64,000 nucleotides of DNA from Pseudothermotoga sp. (GTDB lineage Bacteria; Thermotogota; Thermotogae; Thermotogales; DSM-5069), in NCBI GenBank assembly GCA_031962025.1, contig JAVRKW010000009.1; one strand, given 5' to 3'. Positions within the stretch are counted from its first letter, which is position 1. Each line of letters begins with the position of its first letter. The notes under the pieces were generated by a model that worked only from the letters and a program-made list of their open reading frames with translations, was not told the origin of the DNA and ran no database searches. Below are positions 56,845 to 64,000 of the stretch, in pieces. The position numbers were made by a program, and so were the translations under genes.

Positions 56845-57513
56845 CTATATTACCTTCACAAATTCAAAACGATTGTTCAAAAGATCAATCATCAAAATTT
56901 TGCCAATCAGTGTCTCTTTTTTGTTGCAAATTAATCTGATCACCTCAGCCGCCTGCATCGAACCTACCAGAACCACCAGAGGCGGAAAAACCTGTGAAAC
57001 CTTCCGATCCTGATTTCCACGGAGTAAATCCTTGAGAGTCGGTGTCTTACCGTAAAAAATGGTCGTAACCTGACCAACAAAATCCTGAACACCCGCATGG
57101 ACAAGTGGCACTGAACTTTTCTGACACAATCTGTCCAGTATCAATTTGGACCTGAAATTGTCAAGACAATCAACCACAACATCAACCTGTGGAAGAATAA
57201 AATCGTCGTCTATGGATTTTTCAATCGGAATCAAATTGCACGAAGGGTTTATTCTGCTGAGCACTTCTTGAGCTACCCGTACCTTTTGTTTTCCCAGACT
57301 CTGAGAATCGTACAGAATCTGTCTGTTCAAATCTGGCTCATCGACGATGCCGTGATCAACCAGATAAATGGTGCCAACACCAGTTCTGACAAGCAACGAC
57401 AGAACAGTACAGCCAAGCCCGCCAGCGCCAGCAACAAGAACCTTTGCAGAAAAGAGATTGTTCATGCACTCACCAAGTAACTGACTGTGTCTTTCAAACA
57501 TTTCATCCACCAC
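56845..57513 (-). CDS. ThiF/MoeB/HesA family E1-like adenylyltransferase
   Basis: GAGGLG, D.G.V...DLNRQ, G..K, DCLDNF..K. Confidence 0.9.
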   Translation of the reverse strand: MVDEMFERHSQLLGECMNNLFSAKVLVAGAGGLGCTVLSLLVRTGVGTIYLVDHGIVDEPDLNRQILYDSQSLGKQKVRVAQEVLSRINPSCNLIPIEKSIDDDFILPQVDVVVDCLDNFRSKLILDRLCQKSSVPLVHAGVQDFVGQVTTIFYGKTPTLKDLLRGNQDRKVSQVFPPLVVLVGSMQAAEVIRLICNKKETLIGKILMIDLLNNRFEFVKVI

Positions 57514-57796
57514 TTACAGGCACAAAGATGGTCATTTCCAAGCTCTTGAGAAAATTGGTATCGCAGTCAAGTATGTTCACACCATCGCACAGTACAACAA
57601 CCCAGTTTTTGACAATTTTTCCGTCCTTTTCAGTCAACAAATAGACACTCTCTTCTTGCTGGTCGATGACAAGTTCGACGCGTTTTTTCAACATCTTTGA
57701 AATAGATTCAAAGATCTCTTTCAAATTATTCGCCTGCACATGCAACTCTTTTACACCTACCATTGCGTCCACGATATTTCCAAACCTGACCTTCAC
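57503..57796 (-). CDS. MoaD/ThiS family ubiquitin-like protein
   Basis: Beta-grasp pattern ending IFVPVSGG; adjacent to the E1-like gene. Confidence 0.8.
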   Translation of the reverse strand: MKVRFGNIVDAMVGVKELHVQANNLKEIFESISKMLKKRVELVIDQQEESVYLLTEKDGKIVKNWVVVLCDGVNILDCDTNFLKSLEMTIFVPVSGG

Positions 57797-57830
57797 TTTC
57801 TCACCTCATTTCTATTATACTTTTTCATGG

Positions 57831-58610
57831 GTGATCTTCATAAAAATAGCCGTTATTGGTGGAATATTCTGGGATATTTACATCTACGGTGATCAGCCTC
57901 ACAGCGCAGAGATACTGGAGATGTGCGGAGGCTCTGGCTTGAATATCGCTTTTGGTCTGAAGATGATGGGCTTTGATGTATCACTCTTTTCCAACATCGG
58001 GGACGATTACAGAGCCAGCTTAATAATATCAGAACTTGAGAACCTTGGTTTTGATACACAGCACATCAAAAAAACAGCAGGAGCAACAGGATTTCACATC
58101 GCTTTCAATGAAAAACCCATAGCGGTTAACAGAGGAGTGAATAAACTGCCAGTCCAGATAGATGAAGATCAGCTAAAAGCCTTCGATTGCCTGGTGATCA
58201 ACACCGAAGTGCCACCTGAAAGCGTCTACAAATCCATCGATCTTTCAAAAGGAAAAAGGATTTTCTTAGACATAGGACCACTCGCAAACCTCACAAAAGA
58301 CATAAAGAAAATGGCAGACAATCTGATCGTGATTGGCAATCTAAAAGAATCCGAAAAAATAGAGTGCGATGTGATAAAACTCGGTCCAAAAGGCGCACGG
58401 TGGGGAGAAATTTTTGTAAGTGCAGATGGAATAGATTATCCTTACAAAATAGGAGCCGGTGATGTTTTCGATGTCGTACTGATCTCTCAAATACTTTTCG
58501 GCACAGATAAAATTCAAACCCTGCAAAAAGCCGTAAGGATATCTCAAAATGCGGCAAAATCAATCAAAGGAGCCTTCAGTAAGATAAAAAGTCTTAGTGA
58601 TATTAAATGA
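57831..58610 (+). CDS. PfkB family carbohydrate kinase
   Basis: GGSGLNIA.GL, IGDD, KLGPKGA, GAGD.F; start uncertain (GTG 57831 or ATA 57840). Confidence 0.85.
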   Translation: MIFIKIAVIGGIFWDIYIYGDQPHSAEILEMCGGSGLNIAFGLKMMGFDVSLFSNIGDDYRASLIISELENLGFDTQHIKKTAGATGFHIAFNEKPIAVNRGVNKLPVQIDEDQLKAFDCLVINTEVPPESVYKSIDLSKGKRIFLDIGPLANLTKDIKKMADNLIVIGNLKESEKIECDVIKLGPKGARWGEIFVSADGIDYPYKIGAGDVFDVVLISQILFGTDKIQTLQKAVRISQNAAKSIKGAFSKIKSLSDIK

Positions 58611-59590
58611 AAGCGCTTGTTTATAACGGTAAAGATCTTGAACTTTTGAATATCGACCAACCCGGCGTGAAAACAAACTATGCGCTTGTGAAAGTTCTTC
58701 TTGCCGGTATATGCAACACCGATCTTGAAGTGCTCAAAGGTTATATGGATTTCACAGGTGTCCTGGGTCATGAATTTGTTGGAATTGTGGAAGAAGGTCC
58801 TGAAAACCTTGCTGGCAAAAGAGTTGTTGGAGAGATAAATATTCCATGTGAACAGTGTGATCTGTGCCTTGAAGGTCTGCACAGACACTGCAGAAATATG
58901 AGAGTGCTTGGAATAAAAAATTACAACGGCGTCTTTGCCGAATATGTGCTTTTACCAGTTAAGAACCTTCATGTGGTACCTGAAAAAATAGAGAATGAAA
59001 GAGCGGTATTTGTCGAGCCGCTTGCCGCAGCATTCAGAATCCTCGAACAAATCGAAATAAGCTCACAGAAAGTAGCAGTACTCGGCGATGGAAAACTCGG
59101 ACTGCTCATCTCAAAAGCCCTGGCTTTTTCAAAAATAGACCACCTACTTTTTGGAAAGCACGAAGAAAAATTATCTTTGGCTCGCAACTGGACATCCACG
59201 GAATTCTCACACAACTTTCAAAAATACGACAGGTACTTCGATGTGGTCATCGACGCCACAGGAAGAAGATCTGGTATAGAACAAGCTCTTTTCATCGTCA
59301 AGCCGGAAGGTACAGTTTTTTTAAAAACGACAATGGCCGGTCGAATAGACCTTGATCTGAGCCTGATAGCCGTCAACGAGATAAAAATAATCGGTTCAAG
59401 ATGCGGTCCATTTCCAGCAGCGATCTCTGCACTGGAGCAGGGTCTGGAAGTTCGAGATTTGATCCAGGCTGTTTTTGATCTTTCAGATTACCAGAAAGCC
59501 TTTGAAACGGCAAAAAACAGTTCCTTGAAAGTAATTTTGAAAATAAACGGCGAATATCAGGCTCAATTTCCATCGAGTTTTAAAATGTAA
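58607..59590 (+). CDS. Zinc-dependent alcohol dehydrogenase (MDR family)
   Basis: GICNTD, GHEFVG, CEQCDLC...HC, EPLA, GDGKLG. Confidence 0.92.
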   Translation: MKALVYNGKDLELLNIDQPGVKTNYALVKVLLAGICNTDLEVLKGYMDFTGVLGHEFVGIVEEGPENLAGKRVVGEINIPCEQCDLCLEGLHRHCRNMRVLGIKNYNGVFAEYVLLPVKNLHVVPEKIENERAVFVEPLAAAFRILEQIEISSQKVAVLGDGKLGLLISKALAFSKIDHLLFGKHEEKLSLARNWTSTEFSHNFQKYDRYFDVVIDATGRRSGIEQALFIVKPEGTVFLKTTMAGRIDLDLSLIAVNEIKIIGSRCGPFPAAISALEQGLEVRDLIQAVFDLSDYQKAFETAKNSSLKVILKINGEYQAQFPSSFKM

Positions 59591-59732
59591 AAATCTGAAC
59601 CATCTCCACCAAATGTCCTTTTACATTTCAGCGATTGAACCACTGGTTGTTTTTATTGAAAATATCGATTATGTTCTGACAAATATCATGATAAAATAGA
59701 TTCGTGAAAGAATGAACTAAGGGGGTTTTTAT

Positions 59733-60362
59733 GTGAACAGGGTACCAAAACCCACTGTCAGAAGATTGGCAATCTATTACAGGTGCCTTGAGAGATTAGA
59801 AAATCGGGGTGAAAACTACATTTCATCCAAAGCGCTTGCTCAGCTGGTACATGTTAAGGACTCTCAAGTGAGAAAGGATCTTTCCTATTTTGGAAGTTTT
59901 GGACGGCGCGGCATTGGGTATGACATTTCAAAATTGCTGAAAGAAATCCAGAAGATATTGGGAATCAACAAAGAATGGAAGGTCATCATAATCGGTGCGG
60001 GGAACATAGGTAAAGCCATAGCAAGGTTCAAGCAAATAGAAAAACACAACTTCAAGATCATAGGGGTTTTTGACTCAGACAAAAGAAAGATTGGAAAACA
60101 GATAAGTCAGGAACTGGTGGTATTTGATGTGAATTCACTGGAGCAGTTCGTATCTCAAAATCAAGCGGAGATTGCGGTTATAGCCACTCCGGCTGACGCT
60201 GCTCAATCTGTCGCAGAAAAGTTGGAAAAAACCGGGATCAAGGGTATAATATGTTTTGCGCCCGTGACTTTGAACTGTAACATACCCGTGGAGTATGTGG
60301 ACATAACCGTTTTCTTCAAAACGCTTGCCCATTCTATTGTTTCACAGGGATACAATATATAG
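59733..60362 (+). CDS. rex: Redox-sensing transcriptional repressor Rex
   Basis: RL..YYR.L, ISS..LA, QVRKDLSYFG.FG.RG.GY, GAGNIG. Confidence 0.96.
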   Translation: MNRVPKPTVRRLAIYYRCLERLENRGENYISSKALAQLVHVKDSQVRKDLSYFGSFGRRGIGYDISKLLKEIQKILGINKEWKVIIIGAGNIGKAIARFKQIEKHNFKIIGVFDSDKRKIGKQISQELVVFDVNSLEQFVSQNQAEIAVIATPADAAQSVAEKLEKTGIKGIICFAPVTLNCNIPVEYVDITVFFKTLAHSIVSQGYNI

Positions 60363-60398
60363 TGCTATCTTGAATTAAAATACAATCTATAGTATAAT
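60350..60398 (+). promoter_or_regulatory. nrdJ promoter with two NrdR boxes
   Basis: TTGAAT-17-TATAAT (60370-60398); boxes ATACAATATATAGTGC (60350-60365) and ATACAATCTATAGTAT (60380-60395). Confidence 0.85.
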
Positions 60399-60424
60399 TA
60401 CCCCCGAAAGGGGGTTTTAGTTTT

Positions 60425-62929
60425 ATGTATTCAGATCTTATTGAAAAGTACAGAAAAGTTGCTCCATCAGAAAACGCGATGAAGATACTCAAAGAAAGGT
60501 ACTTCATCAAGACACCCGAAGGACAGTTTTTGGAAAACTCGTGGGACGATGTTGCGCGCCGTGTCTCAAGAGTAGTGGCAGCAGCGGAATTGATCAACAA
60601 TCCAAAGCTGGGAAACAACAAACTCGAATTTGTGAAAGAACTGGAAGAGAAATTCTTCGATCTACTATCAAGCAGGATCTTCATCCCAAATAGCCCTACA
60701 CTTTTCAATGCCGGGATGGGAGTGGATTACAATCTTTTGTACAAACCCATCGAACAGATGACCCTTGAAGATTATGAAAAAATATTGAACTCGAGAAACC
60801 ACCTGCACATGCTTTCTGCATGTTTTGTCGTACCAGTTGAAGACAGCATCGAAGGCATCTTCACGGCTGTGAAAGAATACGCACTGATAACCAAAGCCGG
60901 TGGGGGAATAGGCAGTAATTTCAGCGCTCTCAGACCAAACGGAAGCTTTGTCGCAGGCACACACGGCAAAGCATCTGGACCTATAAGTTTCATGCACGTC
61001 TTTAACTCGGCGGTATCTGTAGTAGAGCAGGGTTACAGAAGGCGTGGAGCCTTGATGGGAATACTGAACATCGACCATCCTGACATAATGGATTTTATCC
61101 ATGCCAAAAAAGGAAACGATGGTGAAAAAGTTTTGAGGTTCTTTAACATATCCGTTGGAATACCCATGAGGCGAGAGGAGTTGTTGAGAGCTTACGAAAA
61201 CGATTCAACCATAAAACTGAGCCATCCAAAATGGCACACTCAAAAAGAAGTAAAGGTAAGAGAGATCCTGCAAAAAATGGCACAAAATGCATGGGAAACA
61301 GGCGATCCGGGTATGGTCTTTCTTGGAGAAATGAACAGATACTATGCACTGTATCCTGAAAGAGAGATCATCTCTACCAATCCATGCGGTGAAATAGGAC
61401 TTGGTGCGTACGAAGCCTGCAACCTTGGTTCAATAGATCTGGCAAAATTCTGTGATGATTCTGGAAAATTCGATTGGGATGCGCTGAGCGAAGTTGTGAG
61501 AATTTCTGTTAGATTCTTGGACAACGTAATAGATGTCAACGTATTCCCCATAGACAAAATCACCAAAGCCGTTAAAGATTCAAGAAGACTCGGTCTTGGA
61601 ATCATGGGTTTTGCAGATCTTCTTTACAAAATGGAGATACCGTACGATTCAGAGCAGGCAAGAAAACTGGCGAAGAATATAATGGCTTTTATGTCAATAA
61701 ATGCGCACGAAGAATCTTCAAAACTGGGTGAACAGAAAGGTAATTTCCCGCTATTTGAAAAAAGCAGGTACAAAGACGGCTTTATTCCATTCTCTATGGA
61801 TGAAAGCGACTATGATGAGCTGATTAACGAGCATTTCAATACACAGGCAAAAAAGTACAAAAGAAATGTGGCTGTACTTGCCATCGCACCAACCGGTTCT
61901 ATCTCAAACATCGCCGATACCTCATCTGGACTTGAGCCGAACTTTCTGCTGGCTTATGTGCGATATGTTAACAAACAGAACAGCAATGAAAGAGAACCGC
62001 TGTTTTACATCAACGAGATTCTCAAAAAGAAGATCCCAGCCGAGTTACTTGAAAAAATAAAAGATAAACTGATCGAAGACGGCACGATGAAACACCTGGA
62101 AGTAGATGAAAAACTCAAAAGAGTTTTCGTCGTATCACACGACATAAAACCAATAGATCATCTTTTGATGCAGGAAGCATTCCAGTGCTATGTCGATAAC
62201 AACATTTCAAAAACCATAAATATGCCCAACAGCGCGACGGTAGATGACGTGCTGGAAATTTATGTGCAGGCTCTGAAACACAAAATCAGAGGTCTCACAA
62301 TCTACCGTGACGGCTCACTGCAAACACAGGTATTGACCTCGACAAAATCTGCAAAGACAAAAGATGCACCGAAGATCAAATTTTTCATCCTCGACGAGAA
62401 GCACAGGCTCAGAGCAAAGCCAAGAAAAGAAACCCTTCGCAGTGTGACAAGAAAATACAAAACATCTTCAGGTACGACCTACATCACAGTTTCTTTTGAC
62501 GACACAGGAGAAGCAATAGAGATATTCCTTTCCAACGGTACCGAGACGGCTGAAGCAATAGGCAGACTCTCTTCGACAGCCCTGCGAGCCGGTGTGTCAG
62601 TCGACGAGATAATAGAACAACTCATAAAAGTCAAGGGTGATTATGTGAAAAACGTGGGATATGAGATCAAAAAAGCTATAGAAGATTTCTACGAATTATG
62701 GAATCAAAAGGAAGTTTTACAGGATGAACTGCTCAGAATAGATGGAACTGCAAAAACTCCAGAAGAAGTTGAGAAATTCGTCATAGCTAACGGTCTTGAA
62801 TGGAAACAGGGCTATTACGTCGACATCGACGGAAACACATACTGCCCATCCTGTCTATCAAAAAACTCTCTGATAATGCAAGAAGGGTGTACAAGTTGCA
62901 AAGTGTGCGGCTGGTCAAGATGTAGCTAA
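60425..62929 (+). CDS. nrdJ: Adenosylcobalamin-dependent (class II) ribonucleoside-diphosphate reductase
   Basis: PNSPTLFNAG, LSACFV, TNPCGE, ACNLGS, APTGSIS, ISKTIN, YRDGS, C-terminal zinc ribbon; no beta subunit nearby. Confidence 0.96.
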   Translation: MYSDLIEKYRKVAPSENAMKILKERYFIKTPEGQFLENSWDDVARRVSRVVAAAELINNPKLGNNKLEFVKELEEKFFDLLSSRIFIPNSPTLFNAGMGVDYNLLYKPIEQMTLEDYEKILNSRNHLHMLSACFVVPVEDSIEGIFTAVKEYALITKAGGGIGSNFSALRPNGSFVAGTHGKASGPISFMHVFNSAVSVVEQGYRRRGALMGILNIDHPDIMDFIHAKKGNDGEKVLRFFNISVGIPMRREELLRAYENDSTIKLSHPKWHTQKEVKVREILQKMAQNAWETGDPGMVFLGEMNRYYALYPEREIISTNPCGEIGLGAYEACNLGSIDLAKFCDDSGKFDWDALSEVVRISVRFLDNVIDVNVFPIDKITKAVKDSRRLGLGIMGFADLLYKMEIPYDSEQARKLAKNIMAFMSINAHEESSKLGEQKGNFPLFEKSRYKDGFIPFSMDESDYDELINEHFNTQAKKYKRNVAVLAIAPTGSISNIADTSSGLEPNFLLAYVRYVNKQNSNEREPLFYINEILKKKIPAELLEKIKDKLIEDGTMKHLEVDEKLKRVFVVSHDIKPIDHLLMQEAFQCYVDNNISKTINMPNSATVDDVLEIYVQALKHKIRGLTIYRDGSLQTQVLTSTKSAKTKDAPKIKFFILDEKHRLRAKPRKETLRSVTRKYKTSSGTTYITVSFDDTGEAIEIFLSNGTETAEAIGRLSSTALRAGVSVDEIIEQLIKVKGDYVKNVGYEIKKAIEDFYELWNQKEVLQDELLRIDGTAKTPEEVEKFVIANGLEWKQGYYVDIDGNTYCPSCLSKNSLIMQEGCTSCKVCGWSRCS

Positions 62930-62950
62930 AAATGATGATGAGCACAAAAC

Positions 62951-62979
62951 TTGACAACAAGCACTGTTAGTGGTAAACT
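62951..62979 (+). promoter_or_regulatory. sigma70 promoter of the tRNA pair
   Basis: TTGACA-17-TAAACT. Confidence 0.8.
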
Positions 62980-62990
62980 GATTCTTGGTC

Positions 62991-63078
62991 GCCGGGGTGG
63001 CGGAATAGGCAGACGCTGCGGACTTAAAATCCGCTGGAGGGAGCCTCCGTGTCGGTTCGAGTCCGATCCCCGGCACCA
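62991..63078 (+). tRNA. tRNA-Leu (TAA)
   Basis: Cloverleaf with GCGGA-CTTAAAA-TCCGC anticodon arm, long variable arm, GGTTCGAGT, encoded CCA. Confidence 0.97.
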
Positions 63079-63115
63079 GGTGAGCAAAAAAATGATCTTT
63101 TGAAGATATATGCGT

Positions 63116-63192
<77 letters not shown>

Positions 63193-63242
63193 GTTATGTC
63201 ATTAGTTTTTAGGTTATTCATGAAAACCTGAGCGCTACCGTA

Positions 63243-63278
63243 AATAAAGCCCGCTGACAAGAGCGGGCTTTATTGTTT
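63243..63278. terminator. Terminator after the tRNAs
   Basis: AATAAAGCCCGCT-GACAAG-AGCGGGCTTTATT. Confidence 0.8.
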
Positions 63279-63391
63279 GAATCCAGTTTCCGGTAATCCA
63301 TAATTTTCTTCCTCCTTTTTGTTTCACTCATCTTTTTGTGTGATATTCTTTATAAAAAGCAAAAGATGTGCATGATTCTTTTGTATTTGAA

Positions 63392-63432
63392 GTTTAGTTA
63401 GGTGTCGTGTTTAGTTTAGTTGTAAGTTTAGT
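63392..63432. repeat. GTTTAGT direct repeats upstream of the CI-like repressor
   Basis: Copies at 63392, 63409, 63414, 63426; three are spaced 17 bp apart. Confidence 0.55.
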
Positions 63433-63509
63433 AAATTATAAATTGAGTTGCTGTCAAGAAATAGTTCTATTAAAAATCTAATATTTTTCTTGTGGAGGGG
63501 TGGTGTAAG

Positions 63510-64000
63510 ATGTTAATTGTGAACGGGGAGTTTGGGAAGAAGTTAAGAAAACTCAGGCTCAAAGCCAAAATTACTCAAAAACAATTGGCAGAAATGCTGG
63601 GGGTTGAACTCGCAACAATATCAGCGTATGAAACAGGCAAAATCATGCCTTCAATACCCAAAATAAAGAAAATATGTGAGATCTTCAACGTCAATCCCGA
63701 TACAATCCTTGGATCTCAATCCGTTGATTTTATTCCGCTTGTCAATCACATTCCTGTTTATGATGGTGCTCACGTGGGCAATGTTCCTAACTTTCCAAAA
63801 GACGCCGTGGTATTAGAGTGGTTGGATGTGCCGATGAATCTTGGGGGGAAAGCTGCGATTATTGTGCATGGTGATTCAACGTCGCCAGAAATAAACGATG
63901 GTGATATTGTAATCATCAACCCAGACTTGGAAATCAAATCAGGCGATAGGGTTGTTGTTATATTTGAAGATGGCAACGGAAGCGACGGAGCTGTGGTAAA
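63510..64000 (+). CDS. XRE-family HTH / S24 peptidase repressor (CI/LexA-like), truncated by the window edge
   Basis: Own translation: MLIVNGEFGKKLRKLRLKAKITQKQLAEMLGVELATISAYETGKIMP...IPVY...VHGDSTSPEINDGDIVIINP; GGAGGGG RBS; missing from the ORF track because no stop lies in the window. Confidence 0.88.
   Translation, partial: MLIVNGEFGKKLRKLRLKAKITQKQLAEMLGVELATISAYETGKIMPSIPKIKKICEIFNVNPDTILGSQSVDFIPLVNHIPVYDGAHVGNVPNFPKDAVVLEWLDVPMNLGGKAAIIVHGDSTSPEINDGDIVIINPDLEIKSGDRVVVIFEDGNGSDGAVV

Noticed and set aside
59702..59719. Possible Rex operator TCGTGAA-AGAA-TGAACTA upstream of rex
   Set aside because: The second half-site has three mismatches to TTCACAA; too weak to call
60425..62929. 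Intein or intron in nrdJ (also considered for nrdD)
   Set aside because: Lengths are normal, frames are continuous, and no splicing or homing-endonuclease motifs are seen

Overview
Core-genome segment of an anaerobic bacterium that resembles Thermotogota (Pseudothermotoga-like). This is inferred from the short EF-Ts, the Alu-domain SRP RNA, class II plus class III ribonucleotide reductases, and gene order; no database search was run. From left to right: gntP, glyQS, guaB, acyP-tmk-ABC permease-yfcE-nurA-PLP lyase, then a ~22.5 kb minus-strand run from nrdDG to tsf (amrAS, apbE, maf, radC, deoC, tgt, pyrR, priA, glmU, prs, rplY, pth, lgt, coaD). Next come a peptide ABC/amidohydrolase/M14 peptidase operon, mgsA, a marR-epimerase pair, SRP RNA, groESL with CIRCE, mreB, an ispA/plsC/E1-ubiquitin-like cluster, rex, nrdJ, and tRNA-Leu plus tRNA-fMet. 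A CI-like repressor at the right edge may mark an integrated element. The most unusual observations are three apparent pseudoenzymes (a PfkA-fold protein coupled to nrdG, a PriA lacking its ATPase motifs, and a membrane-anchored alpha/beta hydrolase lacking its nucleophile), an unexplained terminator-bounded ~290 nt non-coding unit upstream of ffs, an ApbE/NusG-II/Gx trio, and a frameshifted flippase-like gene.
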